Below, piece after piece: positions 1 to 11,180 of a stretch of DNA of 64,000 nt (its first letter is position 1; every line of letters begins with the position of its first letter). The position numbers and the translations under genes are program-made. Below the pieces are notes generated by a model. The model was not told the DNA's origin, ran no database searches, and saw only the letters and a program-made list of their open reading frames with translations. Origin of the DNA: a virus (taxonomy: Duplodnaviria; Heunggongvirae; Uroviricota; Caudoviricetes); IMG/VR virus record IMGVR_UViG_3300049811_000196, positions 1 through 64,000 of that record; one strand, given 5' to 3'.

Positions 1-2
1 GT

Positions 3-209
3 GTTCAATATTTACCTGATATTATAGACGGTATTTTAGAAATTGTTGTTAGACATTTAATGTCTAAAGCATCTGGATCGGATAAACACGATTATAGTTG
101 GAAGTCAATTGGGGGTAAGGGTCTCGGTAATTTGTTTGGTGAAGTCATTAAAGATTCTAACATTTCTGAAATGATAAGAAATAAAATATGTAATTACGTA
201 CACGAGTAA
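3..209 (+). CDS. 3' end of upstream CDS (partial, frame 3)
   Basis: Open frame from window edge to TAA at 207-209. Confidence 0.35.
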   Translation, partial: VQYLPDIIDGILEIVVRHLMSKASGSDKHDYSWKSIGGKGLGNLFGEVIKDSNISEMIRNKICNYVHE

Positions 210-212
210 ATT

Positions 213-1178
213 ATGAAAAATAAAGAACAAATAATATTAGAAAAAAAGATCTTAAATGAAGATTGGATTGAGAACACATTAATGATTGCGGGATTTGTTC
301 CAATTCTTGGTGAGATAGCGGACATTGCTTTGATTATTTATTATTTAACCGTAAAGAAGGAACCATTATATGCGGTTATAATGTTGATCGCATTAATACC
401 AACCGTCGGTGATTTTATAGCAAAACCATTTATTAAGTTATTAAAAGGAAGTAAGGTTGTTTTAAAAAATAGTGATGATTTGGTTAAGTTTTTAAATACC
501 AATCCTAAAGCCAAAAAAATGTATGGTGATTTAGCTAAACATTTAGACAACCCAACACTAACAAAGGCAATTAATCAAACAGAAGAAATACCTAAAATCG
601 GTAAAACTGTTGCAAATGCGTTACGTGAAGGTGTTAATAAACATAAAGGAATATTTGCGAAAGTATTTGAAAAACCATTGGGTGTTACAAATGCAATTAA
701 AAAAGAATTTGGTGCTAACGCAAAAAGACCAATTAGTGCTGGGATAAAAAACTACTTTAAAACCCAAAGATTATCAAAGTACGTAGCCTCTAAAGGATAT
801 GCTCCCAAAAACTGGTTATCTAATTGGTATAATGTTGTATATAAAGCCAGAGGTGACAGAAGAAAATATATAAAAAGTTTTATTGTTGCAAATAATTTAT
901 TGGATTATTTTAATTTACCAAGCATCGAATCTTTTTGGGATAAATTTGAAAAGGACGAGAATTTTAGAGACGAATTAGCTCAAAATGAAAAATTTTCCGA
1001 CATGGTTAAAAATTCAACAGATGAACAAGATCTCGCAAATATTGAGGGTAATCAACAAGGTGGTTCTAATGAGAGTGGTGAAGATGGTGGTAATGACGGT
1101 TTGGGTACAATGATGATGGGGGGTATGGGAACAAAAATGGGTATAGAACTTTTGAAAAGATTAGCACAATTTACTTAG
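213..1178 (+). CDS. hypothetical protein, hydrophobic N-terminus, Gly-rich acidic C-terminus
   Basis: 321-aa ORF. Ends TAG then immediately TAA. Confidence 0.45.
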   Translation: MKNKEQIILEKKILNEDWIENTLMIAGFVPILGEIADIALIIYYLTVKKEPLYAVIMLIALIPTVGDFIAKPFIKLLKGSKVVLKNSDDLVKFLNTNPKAKKMYGDLAKHLDNPTLTKAINQTEEIPKIGKTVANALREGVNKHKGIFAKVFEKPLGVTNAIKKEFGANAKRPISAGIKNYFKTQRLSKYVASKGYAPKNWLSNWYNVVYKARGDRRKYIKSFIVANNLLDYFNLPSIESFWDKFEKDENFRDELAQNEKFSDMVKNSTDEQDLANIEGNQQGGSNESGEDGGNDGLGTMMMGGMGTKMGIELLKRLAQFT

Positions 1179-1341
1179 TAATGTGATATTTATAAAAGTA
1201 TATTGAGAGTTTATTGGTGTGGTTACCAATAAATGATAAACGAAAAAAAACGAAAGGGGGTATTCTCAAATCTCGACAAGGAACTCGTAAGAGTTCCTTT
1301 GTTGTTTATTTAAAATACGATATTTATTAATAAATAAATGT

Positions 1342-4065
1342 ATGGCTACCGTAAATTTTACTTTAATACCTTATTCTGACCCAGATATTATTTCTCCATT
1401 TAGAGGTGGAGAAAACTGGCACGACCAGTTTCCCAGAGTGGATCTTCCGACAGAAGGTGCTCCTGGAAATCCAGATTCGCTAGATGCGTATCATAGATCT
1501 TGGTTTACTTGGGCAATGTTAGAAAGTTCCCAAGGGGTTTATACGCTTGGAAGAATGGATCAAGAGATACGCAGATGTATTGATAGAAGACAAAGATTTA
1601 GCTTTAGCATAATGACGCTTTATCCGGGTGATACTACAAATGTTAGTCCCTCTGCTGAAGGAGTTCAAATGAGCTATCCTTTATATGTACATAATTTAAT
1701 GCAATCCGAACCTACTTATAGACCTTGGAATGCTTTAGCTATTGATTGGGGGGGATCGACCAGATGGTGGGTTCCCAATTATAATAGTACTAACTACAGA
1801 AATAGATTTAGAGCATTAAACCAACATATTGCTAATTGGTTAGAAACTTCTACATATAACGGGGTTAGGTATAGAGATGTAATTGGGTATATAACAATTG
1901 GTGGAGTAGGGACTTGGCAAGAAGGTCACCACCATCCTTTTGCAACAAATTTAAGTGCTACACCAGGTAGTCCGGGAGCTTGGCCAAATACAGGAATGGT
2001 CCCATTATATAATTCTCTAAAAGATATTGTGGATATGCATTTAGAAGTATATCCAAATTATTGGCTCATTGCTGAAATGGGTTTATTTGATGCCAGAGGA
2101 TACCAAAATACGTGGTTACCACCCGAATTGGCGTCATATATATTCTCAATATCAAATAACAAAGGTAAAATAGGGTGGAGAAGAGATAATTGGAGTAGTT
2201 TCGATTATTCTTGGGGTCTTTCTAACAACAATAGATTTTCACTTAATGGAGTACAAGGGTCTGAACTTATATTAAACAGATGGAGAGAAGCTCCGGTGGG
2301 GGGAGAACCATTCGGTGCTAATACTGTAGAATACTCTAACGTTTCAAATTTACTTAATGAAGTTAACCTTTACCATGCAAGTATGGTAGGAAACGGAAAT
2401 TTTGGATTGGGGTCATTACCTGATGCACTTAAAAACAATTTTAGAGCAGCGGCAAAAAGAATGGGTTATCGATTACAGATAACTAACGCAACTTATGATG
2501 ATATCGTATCTCAGGGTTCTCCAATGTCTGTTTCTCTTACATGGAGGAACGTAGGTATTGCACCAGTTTATGAAGACTGGGTTGTTACTTATGAAATAAG
2601 AAACAAATCAAATCAACTAGTTTACTCTTCTCCCTCCAGCCACAATTTAAAACTTTGGTATCCGGGAGAAAATGTATCCCAAGTCGTAAACGACACAATA
2701 CAAATACCTACCAACATACCTACAGGATTATATGATGTAAACTTAATTATAAAAGATCCGACCGGATATAGAAATCCTTTACCGCTCGCAATAAGAAATC
2801 GTCAAGCTGATGGATCATATAGATTGTTTACTGATGTAACAATTGTTTCGTCATCAACACCAACTACAACTATAAGACCAACATCAACACCATCACCTAC
2901 GCTAACAAGCACCCCAACACCAACATCAACACCGATTTCAACATCTGTGGGAATTAGTACATTATTTAATAATACTAATGGAAATAGTGAAACAAAAAAT
3001 GATAATAATGCAATAACATTAGGTGTTAAATTTAGGACAAATGTTGATGGTGTTATCAAAAAAATAAGATATTGGAAAACAATAAACGATAATTCAATTA
3101 AAATTGGTGCCATTTTTAATGAAAATGGATCGATTTTGAGTGAGGTTAGTTTCAATAATGAAACTCAAAGTGGGTGGCAAGAAGCAACTTTTACAAGTCC
3201 AATTAATATTAGGGCAAATACTGTATATATTGCCGCTTATCATTCACCATCAGGTAATTACACATCTACGTTGAATTATTTTAATAATGAAATTAATAGT
3301 GGGAATTTAACCGCATTAAGTGTCGGCAACGGTTTGTATGTTTACAGTAGTGGGTTGTTATTTCCAACAAATACATACCAATCATCTAACTATTGGGTAG
3401 ATGTGGTATTTGATACCGTTTCAGTAACTAACACACCAGTACCAACATCTACACCAGTACCAACTGCAACAAGAACTCCATTACCAACATCTACACCAGT
3501 ACCTACTGCAACAAGAACTCCGTTACCAACATCTACACCAGTACCGACCGCAACCAACACACCAGTACCAACTGCAACCAGTACACCAGTACCAACAGGT
3601 ACACCAGTAAACACAGAAATTATGGTAACACAAACAGTTTTTGCGGGAAATAATAATTTGGTTTTAAATAATCAACCAAGTACAACAGTATCATTAGGAA
3701 ACACTAATAGATATGTAACAATAATGGAATTAGATAAATTCCAAACATTTAAATTAGTTGCGAACGTTATGGTTGCTAGTGTATCCGCAAATAATCCAAG
3801 AATATGGGTACAATATTCAAAAGACAATGGAACAACATGGTCTAATTTATCAAGTACAGATAATTTCATTTCATTAAGAACTGTTGGTGTATTTGATACT
3901 CCGTGGATCGATATCGTTGATTTGGCAAAAGGAAAAGTTTTAGTTAGAGTTGCACAATCTGGCGGTAATGGAACTGCGGATCCCGCACTAGGTAATGTTT
4001 ATATACACTATAAACAAACACTTGTGGATAGTAATATTGAATATGGTACAAATACAGATATTTAA
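1342..4065 (+). CDS. large secreted/structural protein: glycoside-hydrolase-like N-domain, DUF4082-like domain, Pro/Thr-rich linkers
   Basis: 907 aa. Segment ITLGVKFRTNVDGVIKKIRYWK...NYTSTLNYF resembles DUF4082. Three 42-nt tandem repeats encode PTSTPVPTATRTPL. Confidence 0.5.
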   Translation: MATVNFTLIPYSDPDIISPFRGGENWHDQFPRVDLPTEGAPGNPDSLDAYHRSWFTWAMLESSQGVYTLGRMDQEIRRCIDRRQRFSFSIMTLYPGDTTNVSPSAEGVQMSYPLYVHNLMQSEPTYRPWNALAIDWGGSTRWWVPNYNSTNYRNRFRALNQHIANWLETSTYNGVRYRDVIGYITIGGVGTWQEGHHHPFATNLSATPGSPGAWPNTGMVPLYNSLKDIVDMHLEVYPNYWLIAEMGLFDARGYQNTWLPPELASYIFSISNNKGKIGWRRDNWSSFDYSWGLSNNNRFSLNGVQGSELILNRWREAPVGGEPFGANTVEYSNVSNLLNEVNLYHASMVGNGNFGLGSLPDALKNNFRAAAKRMGYRLQITNATYDDIVSQGSPMSVSLTWRNVGIAPVYEDWVVTYEIRNKSNQLVYSSPSSHNLKLWYPGENVSQVVNDTIQIPTNIPTGLYDVNLIIKDPTGYRNPLPLAIRNRQADGSYRLFTDVTIVSSSTPTTTIRPTSTPSPTLTSTPTPTSTPISTSVGISTLFNNTNGNSETKNDNNAITLGVKFRTNVDGVIKKIRYWKTINDNSIKIGAIFNENGSILSEVSFNNETQSGWQEATFTSPINIRANTVYIAAYHSPSGNYTSTLNYFNNEINSGNLTALSVGNGLYVYSSGLLFPTNTYQSSNYWVDVVFDTVSVTNTPVPTSTPVPTATRTPLPTSTPVPTATRTPLPTSTPVPTATNTPVPTATSTPVPTGTPVNTEIMVTQTVFAGNNNLVLNNQPSTTVSLGNTNRYVTIMELDKFQTFKLVANVMVASVSANNPRIWVQYSKDNGTTWSNLSSTDNFISLRTVGVFDTPWIDIVDLAKGKVLVRVAQSGGNGTADPALGNVYIHYKQTLVDSNIEYGTNTDI
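3442..3567 (+). repeat. 3 x 42-nt in-frame tandem repeat encoding PT-rich linker
   Basis: ccaacatctacaccagtacc(a/t)actgcaacaagaactcc(a/g)tta repeated. The antisense ORFs over it are artefacts. Confidence 0.8.
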
Positions 4066-4079
4066 AAAAAACAAATAAT

Positions 4080-4376
4080 ATGAAAAAAGGAAAAATCACA
4101 TTAGAAGAAACAATAAAAAAAATCAAGAAACTTAACAAGTCATTAAGTGAACAAAATTTTTTCGGAGATGACGATTTCGGAGGAGAAGAATTATCCAATG
4201 ACGATGAATCGTTTGATCATAGATCCGATGATGATGCCGAACAAATATTTATGAGTGCCATGGATAAAATTCGGGAAATTAGAGGATCTGATTACTCTGA
4301 AGATGTGTACCATAAATGGGTTGAAAGTTATTTCTTTAAAAGGAATGGACCAGATGAAGATATGGGTCCAATGTAA
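4080..4376 (+). CDS. small acidic hypothetical protein
   Basis: 98-aa ORF followed by a terminator hairpin. Confidence 0.4.
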   Translation: MKKGKITLEETIKKIKKLNKSLSEQNFFGDDDFGGEELSNDDESFDHRSDDDAEQIFMSAMDKIREIRGSDYSEDVYHKWVESYFFKRNGPDEDMGPM

Positions 4377-4386
4377 AATAAAAAAA

Positions 4387-4411
4387 CCTCAGAAATTTCT
4401 GAGGTTTTTTT
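4387..4411 (+). terminator. rho-independent terminator
   Basis: cctcagaaatttctgagg followed by a T-run. Confidence 0.7.
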
Positions 4412-5040
4412 GTGGAGGTGTTGGGTTTCGACTTTTTTGGACTATCTCATCATCTTTTCAGATGTCGGACGCTCTTGATGGTTTTACGATAGAAGCGTCT
4501 ATCACCCATTAGTCTCTGCACCTTTTTCTTCCTACGAAACTTGGCTCAGGATTGTCTAAAATTAGATTTTCCCTGAATTCATCCGATTTTTCAATCAATA
4601 TTTCTATTGAAAGGGGCTCGATTTAACCCAAGTCTTGTCCGTTAACCAATAAATGGACTACACGTTTATTACAACATTGTTTCTCAATGTTCCGAAATAT
4701 TAGGTTTGATATTTGTGAGAACCCCACCTACAAACAACTTGGTCTCAGAATTATTTTAAACGAGCTCTGACCTGTCACTCGTATAACGGACTTCTGTTCC
4801 TGGGTTATATGTCCTAATCGACCCGAAGTAGAGCCCAACTTGGTTAGGCTACTACGTTAGAAGTTGCAAGAATACCTGCAGCTTCCATATTTGCGTAAAC
4901 GTTGCCGTTTGTTTTTACCATCGTAGTTTTAAGTCATAGATGATGTCTGACTACGTGCCCATTTATCAATCAAACGTCAATCAATTCCAGTCACCCCCAT
5001 TATGTCAAATAACTTATATATTAAATATAGAAAAAATTCC

Positions 5041-5718
5041 CTAAATAACAAATAATGGTAAAAACTTTTGATATTTGGCTTCAAAAAATAATTTATTTTT
5101 TTCCCACTTCTTATCTGTTGCACCAATTGATTTATGGATAACCATTATTTTGGTGGTAACACCTATTTTAACACCTTGTCTAAAATTAAGTACACAAAAA
5201 GGTACATCATAAAAATGAAACCCCTCAAATTCCTCATCAAATCTTTCTTTAATTCTATTTTTATCGACAGCAAAAAACAACCCATCGACCATAACAACTT
5301 CTTTTAGATTATCTCCAAAAGTATCTGAGTAAGCACTTAACCATGTTTTATCTCCTTGTTGGTGTTTAACCTGACCATACATTGTTTGTCTGTTCTGCCA
5401 CCACATACCATTGAGTAATTGTGTTGTTCCCGCCAATCCGATAATCCCATATTCAGGATTATTTCTGAATAATCTATTTAATTTTTTAGTTACGTCTTGG
5501 GTTTCTATAAATAAGTCGTCGTGCATGTACACAACAAGATCGTTTTTACTCTCATCTAATCCTTTGTTATAGAGTTGTGGTAATGAGTACTCACCATTAT
5601 TTTCATATACTAAAATCTCAGTATCGGGATGATTAAACCGTTCAGTAACATGTTTTATATAATCATCATCCCTTTTCCTTGTTGAAATAACAACACTAAA
5701 TGCATTACTCATATTCAA
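5041..5718 (-). CDS. putative glycosyltransferase-like protein
   Basis: 225 aa. Weak GT-like segment VYMHDDLF. Overlaps the next gene by 14 nt. Confidence 0.35.
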   Translation of the reverse strand: MNMSNAFSVVISTRKRDDDYIKHVTERFNHPDTEILVYENNGEYSLPQLYNKGLDESKNDLVVYMHDDLFIETQDVTKKLNRLFRNNPEYGIIGLAGTTQLLNGMWWQNRQTMYGQVKHQQGDKTWLSAYSDTFGDNLKEVVMVDGLFFAVDKNRIKERFDEEFEGFHFYDVPFCVLNFRQGVKIGVTTKIMVIHKSIGATDKKWEKNKLFFEAKYQKFLPLFVI

Positions 5719-6448
5719 CTATATTAACTTTTAAATCACCGTTTATCTCCTCTAAATCTAAGATAATTGGTTTATTGATCGGTTCATATCTTTCGGTGCA
5801 AATTGACGCATTTACATATGTGATGTCATTATTTTGTTTGACACCATATCCATCATGGATGTGACCAAAAACATGAATTTTGGGTTTTATTTCATTCACT
5901 CTAAAATGCAATAGTTTACACCCAACATGTCCTCCCATCGGAGCAAAATCTAAATGACCGAATGGAGGTCCATGTGTTATTAAAATATCGGTATTGTTTG
6001 GAATGTTGTTCCATTTCTCCTCGATCTCATTACCATTTCTTGGGAGATTAAATGCCCAATTATAGAATTCGGGTTGCCACGGACTTCCATATATCAAAAT
6101 CGGTCTCGATATTTCAGGATGGTTTATAATTATTTGATTATCAAATAAATACGTTACCTTTGACTGTGATAAATTTTCTTCATGTAATAAATGTCTTAAC
6201 CAATCAAACTCTTCTTTATGATTTGGTAAATACATTTGTTCGAACGCAAAATCATGATTTCCTGCAATGAATATTTTCTGATCAAATCCTTCAATCGATT
6301 TAAACCATTGAATGAATTCGGTTATTTCACCCCTTCTTCCTCGATTTGTGGCATCACCAGAATGTAGTAATACATTACCTTTGGGTAAGTTATATAACAT
6401 TTGGTTATGTAATGAGTGTGTATCGGAAATCAAAACAATCCTAATCAT
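5705..6448 (-). CDS. calcineurin-like metallophosphoesterase
   Basis: Motifs ISDTH, GDATNRG, GNHD and GHIH. Confidence 0.75.
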   Translation of the reverse strand: MIRIVLISDTHSLHNQMLYNLPKGNVLLHSGDATNRGRRGEITEFIQWFKSIEGFDQKIFIAGNHDFAFEQMYLPNHKEEFDWLRHLLHEENLSQSKVTYLFDNQIIINHPEISRPILIYGSPWQPEFYNWAFNLPRNGNEIEEKWNNIPNNTDILITHGPPFGHLDFAPMGGHVGCKLLHFRVNEIKPKIHVFGHIHDGYGVKQNNDITYVNASICTERYEPINKPIILDLEEINGDLKVNIVEYE

Positions 6449-6497
6449 GTTATATAATATAACAAAAAATAAACGTAAATAAAAAATATTTAATAAT

Positions 6498-7967
6498 ATG
6501 GAGTTACATAAATTGTTGTTAGAGGAAACTGATGAGGACGTTGTATTAAACGCCCTTAAAGAGTTAATTAAGAATAGTGAGTGGGATGGTAAAGTCTATT
6601 TAGTTGGTGGTGCGGTTAGAGATGAAATAATGGGTAAGAAACCCAAGGATTTAGATTTTGTAGTAAATGGAGATCTCAATGCGGGGATTGATTTTTCTAT
6701 ATGGTTAGCAGAAAAACTTGGGAACCATAAGAAAGGTAGTAATCCCGTAGTATATCCAAGGTTTGGTACATCAAAACTTTCTCTTACAAACAATAATAAA
6801 GGTTTACCTGAAATTGAATTGGAATTTGTTGCTCCGAGAAGAGAAGAGTATGATGGTAAATCAAGAAAACCGAATGTTAGTGGTGGTGATTTAAAAGCGG
6901 AGGTCGAGAGGCGGGATCTAACAATTAATTCATTATTAAAAAATATTTCAAATAATGAAGTTTTGGATTTAAGTGGTTATGGGGTAAAAGATATTGAAAA
7001 CGGTATTATAAGAACTACTTCGGATCCTGATGTTATATTCAAGGAAGATCCTCTCAGGATGTTGAGAGCGGTCAGATTTGCGGTAAAATATGATTTTAAA
7101 TTCAGTACGGAGGTACTAAAGGGGATTAAAAAAAATGCTCATTTAATTAATAATATATCCTCTGAAAGAATTGCGGATGAATTAAACAAAATATTATTAT
7201 CACCAGATCCAAAGAAGGGTATACGATTATTAAAAGTAACTGATTTATTAAAATACGTTATTGAGGAATTTAATGATGCCATTGGTATGAAACAAAACCA
7301 GCACCATAAGGATGACGTTTTTATGCACACAATGGATGTTCTTTCAAAAACTCCTCCAGAGTTGAAAACAAGACTTATGGCGTTATTTCATGACATCGGT
7401 AAAGTTTTAACCAAAACCGTAACTCCAGAAGGGTCGGTTCATTTCTATAATCATGAGGAAGAAGGTGCGAAAATGGTTGAAACCATAATGAGAAGATTGA
7501 AATATCCAAATGAGTTAACCAAATCCGTGGTTTCTGGAGTTAGACATCACATGAGATTAAAACATGGTGGTGATGAAGGAAATGTTTCAGATAAGTCGTT
7601 AAGAAAATTTGTTGCGGCTGTGGGAGAAAATTTGGAAAATATACTGGATCTAATTCATGCGGATAACATATCACATTCAGAACATTCCTCAATGCCTAAT
7701 CAGATATCTAACATTAAAAAAAAGTTAGATACTTTGAATATGCAGTTGGATAAAAATAAACCGAAATTACCAATAAACGGTAATGATTTAATCGCAATCG
7801 GATTTAAACAGGGTCCAGAAATTAAAATTGCATTAAACGCTGTTGAAGAAGCATATTACGATGATCCAAATTTGGATAGAGAAACGGCAATAAACATTGC
7901 GAGATCAACTAAAGTCGATAAAGAGATAAATGAAATAAAAAATTTCATTTCTCGTATGATGGATTAG
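6498..7967 (+). CDS. cca: CCA-adding tRNA nucleotidyltransferase with HD domain
   Basis: LVGGAVRDEIMG...DLDFVV matches the Pol-beta head of CCA enzymes. HD motifs HHKDDVFMHT and LFHDIGK. Confidence 0.85.
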   Translation: MELHKLLLEETDEDVVLNALKELIKNSEWDGKVYLVGGAVRDEIMGKKPKDLDFVVNGDLNAGIDFSIWLAEKLGNHKKGSNPVVYPRFGTSKLSLTNNNKGLPEIELEFVAPRREEYDGKSRKPNVSGGDLKAEVERRDLTINSLLKNISNNEVLDLSGYGVKDIENGIIRTTSDPDVIFKEDPLRMLRAVRFAVKYDFKFSTEVLKGIKKNAHLINNISSERIADELNKILLSPDPKKGIRLLKVTDLLKYVIEEFNDAIGMKQNQHHKDDVFMHTMDVLSKTPPELKTRLMALFHDIGKVLTKTVTPEGSVHFYNHEEEGAKMVETIMRRLKYPNELTKSVVSGVRHHMRLKHGGDEGNVSDKSLRKFVAAVGENLENILDLIHADNISHSEHSSMPNQISNIKKKLDTLNMQLDKNKPKLPINGNDLIAIGFKQGPEIKIALNAVEEAYYDDPNLDRETAINIARSTKVDKEINEIKNFISRMMD

Positions 7968-9001
7968 GTGTCAAGAGCACTCAATGATTTCTTAACGTCT
8001 TGAGATACACTAAGATTTTTTCTCGCATTAATTAATGCCTTCATGGTTTTTGGTCCCACAATACCATCCACTTTCAATTTATTCTTTGCTTGAAAATCTT
8101 TTACCGCTTTTTGTGTTTGTGGTCCGAAAATTCCGTCTTGATTTAAACCAAGCTGGGCTTGTATTCCAACAATTGCTTGGGAATTTCTCGCACCTAAATA
8201 AAGATACCCTTTACCTCCTAAAATTTCTTCTTCAGATTTTGCTACACGTAATTTTGGTTTGGGTTTATTTATTGTGTCACTCAACTTTTCCGCTTGTCTA
8301 ACCTCATCATCGGTAACATCATACATTGATCTATATTCATCCCATTTCCAACCTTTATGTCCTCCGGCTGTTATAACACCATCCCTCACACTACCATATG
8401 TTTTAGCGATCGTTCCAATTCTATCACCACCATTAATATTTTCACCATCATTAGTTGACTGAGTGGGTTGTTGTGATTGTGTTGTTGTATTAGATGATGG
8501 AGTACCGAGTTTAAACGTTTTTTTATCGTAAGCTCCGTTTACTTTATTCAACACAACAGGAACACCGATTTTTTTTAAATGAGAAACCGTGTCTTCAAGA
8601 TTTTTTTGATCATACGACATGTTAAATTGAAATTCATTTTTTATCTCATTTTCAACCGATGAGTTATATAATGATTTTAATGCCGCATTAACTTTATTAT
8701 ATAGATCAATATTAGTAATAGATTGTATTCCGTTAAAAAATTCTGAATTATCTGTACCTAAACCTTCACCAGAACTATGTATTCGATCAGCAATTTTACC
8801 CTCTGCGGTATTTTTTATCTTAACTTTTTCGGGATCAACTATCGGTGCTGGGTTATATTTATACCTATTTTGTCCTTCCCATCCTGGTGATGGATCGACT
8901 TCGTTTATATGTTGTTCATTCAATGTTTTACCAACCTTATAATTCATCATTGAAATAATCCTGCGATGAGCTTCGTTTGCATCCAATATTTTTCTTTTCA
9001 T
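7964..9001 (-). CDS. protein with two C-terminal peptidoglycan-binding (PG_binding_1-like) repeats, putative cell-wall hydrolase
   Basis: LGLNQDGIFGPQTQKAVKDFQ and LKVDGIVGPKTMKAL. Confidence 0.55.
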   Translation of the reverse strand: MKRKILDANEAHRRIISMMNYKVGKTLNEQHINEVDPSPGWEGQNRYKYNPAPIVDPEKVKIKNTAEGKIADRIHSSGEGLGTDNSEFFNGIQSITNIDLYNKVNAALKSLYNSSVENEIKNEFQFNMSYDQKNLEDTVSHLKKIGVPVVLNKVNGAYDKKTFKLGTPSSNTTTQSQQPTQSTNDGENINGGDRIGTIAKTYGSVRDGVITAGGHKGWKWDEYRSMYDVTDDEVRQAEKLSDTINKPKPKLRVAKSEEEILGGKGYLYLGARNSQAIVGIQAQLGLNQDGIFGPQTQKAVKDFQAKNKLKVDGIVGPKTMKALINARKNLSVSQDVKKSLSALDT

Positions 9002-9117
9002 AATCTAATAATATTCTATAAATATATAAAAATGGGTTAATTTTCATTAACCCATTGGGGCAGAGGTCAATTTCCCCCACCGCTCCACCACCTAATTTTT
9101 AAAACTAGGAAAATCTT

Positions 9118-9570
9118 TTAAATAACTCTACCAGCTCCGTAAAACCTGTTTTTGTACGAACCATAATTTAAATTACTGAATGTAACTCCATACTTGGAAC
9201 TTGAATGAACAAACCAACCATCTCCAAGATATACACCCACATGCCAAGTGGATGAATTCTTTGATCTAAAGAAAACGAGATCATTATAATTCAGTTCTTC
9301 TTTGGTTATTCTCTTGGAATTTGCATACTGTTCTCTTGCGGTTCTCGGTAATTTGGTGTCGAATACGGTATTCATTAATTTACCCGTAAATGCGCTACAG
9401 TCAATTCCCCTTTTAGTTTCTCCACCATACTTATATGGGGTTCTCCACCACTCATTGATGAAATTCATCAATTCAGTTTTTTTTGGGTTGTCCTCATAAA
9501 ATATGATTTGTCCAAAGGATGTTGTCGTTACAACAACCGAAATGATTAGTGTTAAAAATAGTTTTTTCAT
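9118..9570 (-). CDS. NlpC/P60 family peptidase with signal peptide
   Basis: Signal-like N-terminus. Catalytic Cys in GIDCSAFT and His in WHVGVYLGDGWFVHS. Confidence 0.75.
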   Translation of the reverse strand: MKKLFLTLIISVVVTTTSFGQIIFYEDNPKKTELMNFINEWWRTPYKYGGETKRGIDCSAFTGKLMNTVFDTKLPRTAREQYANSKRITKEELNYNDLVFFRSKNSSTWHVGVYLGDGWFVHSSSKYGVTFSNLNYGSYKNRFYGAGRVI

Positions 9571-9583
9571 ATTTTTAAATATG

Positions 9584-10063
9584 TTATTGTTTGTCTTTAT
9601 TCATGTCTTCGTACTTTTTATTAAAGTAATCTGCCATGTTACTACCCATTTGATTTTGCATTAAAAGAATGTCATTACTTTTTTCAACTTGCATAGTGGA
9701 AATTCTTTTAATTGAGGAAATTTCTTTGGAGAGATCTTTAATTGCTTCGGTGTTTTCATTGACACTGGATAAAATGTTATTCTGTGTCTTCTCCATCTCA
9801 TAAAACCTGTCCATGAGGAAATATCCCATTCCTTTGACAGAATCGACATTTGAATTGATAATGGAAACAGTATCAGATGTCCTTTTAATGACCTCTGAAT
9901 TGACTTTAAACTCGCTTGGAGTACCGAAAATCGACTTGAAAATGAAGTAAATAATAAGACCTGCTGTACCTACAAAAATAAGATACTCACCTAATCTACT
10001 TGAAAAGGTGAGAAACGAAGATTTTTTATTTGTATCGGGGATCGGGGGTGTTAACTCATCCAT
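9584..10063 (-). CDS. membrane protein (one TM), possible holin/spanin-like lysis partner
   Basis: TM segment LIFVGTAGLIIYFIF. Adjacent to the peptidase. Confidence 0.4.
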   Translation of the reverse strand: MDELTPPIPDTNKKSSFLTFSSRLGEYLIFVGTAGLIIYFIFKSIFGTPSEFKVNSEVIKRTSDTVSIINSNVDSVKGMGYFLMDRFYEMEKTQNNILSSVNENTEAIKDLSKEISSIKRISTMQVEKSNDILLMQNQMGSNMADYFNKKYEDMNKDKQ

Positions 10064-11180
10064 ATATCGTTTTTATTAAAATATAATAAAAACCCCCGTA
10101 AAAAAAAAGTAAAAACCCTGAGATTACAAGTTTTTTTGGTTGACTTTAGGAACATTATTTGTTCTTTCCTTATCCACCCCCTTTTGAAGGGTATCAACCA
10201 GTGACGGTTAATTAGATTAACCACTCCTTAAGTCGTTAGTTACTCTCACGATACTCATTGCTCTTCGAGGATGCCTCCCCGATTAACCCTTGCGAGGTTA
10301 GAGAACTTTCTTGTAAATCATATTGGGATTGGGTCCCTTTATGGCTACGAACAACTCGTAACTATGTAGTCACCTTTCACCAACGACTGACAGACACTTT
10401 TCCATTGTGTTTAAATTTTCAATTTTTCAGGAAAAGAAAAGTTTAAATTTATGGTTTGTGGATTGTGAAGGTCGTGGTCTGTCATATGGCTTTCTTATCT
10501 TTTGAACAAGAAAATACCAAACAACCCTCTGAGGTATCCCTACCTCCATGTTTTTGGATTTCTTCATTATCAGACCTTTGGTAAGGTCTAATAAAGGATA
10601 ACAACAGCACCACCTGTACGAAATCTTATCTTCCCAACAGGATAAATCCTATTGGCTTAGATTTTAAGAACCCCATTACATTGAATAACGCAATAATGAA
10701 GTTGGATGACGACATTTTTTGCATGTATTCTACGAGTTACTCTTATTGGTGTTCCCACCTCAACCAAACGACCCACATCGCTTGGTCATCACATCCTTTC
10801 GCTACGGAGTTACCCTCACTACTCCGGACATAATGATGTCTCGACCGTATACTCGAGCTCGGTTACCCAAGCCGCAACTGATTAGAAACCTAAATCAAGT
10901 CACTTTATACCACTTTCATGGTTTATTTTTAATCTACCTTTCGGTAGATCACCACCTTACGGTGGATGGACTATATACAGCCCAATATTTTTTGTCAAAG
11001 AACTTTATCCGTTTCCGAATTAGAATGTAAAAGTACATAAAAAATCCGAAACAAGAAATATTTTTTAATTTTTAGTTATCCACACGTTATCAACAGTAGT
11101 GATAAATACTTTCGTTTTTCCAAAAAGAAACCCCCCAACAATTGTTGGGGGGATTTTCCTTTTATGACAAGAAAGAAAAT

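Noticed and set aside
2802-3614. Antisense ORFs 2802..3155, 3390..3614 and 3672..3869 inside the 907-aa gene
   Set aside because: They are mirror translations of the PT-rich tandem repeat (VGTGVLVAVGTG...). Low-complexity artefacts.
10064-11180. Group II intron, tmRNA or RNase P RNA in the GC-rich island
   Set aside because: I searched by eye for GUGYG, a domain-V motif, T-arm plus CCA, and the RNase P GGAAAGUCCGG motif, and found none. Left as an unexplained island.
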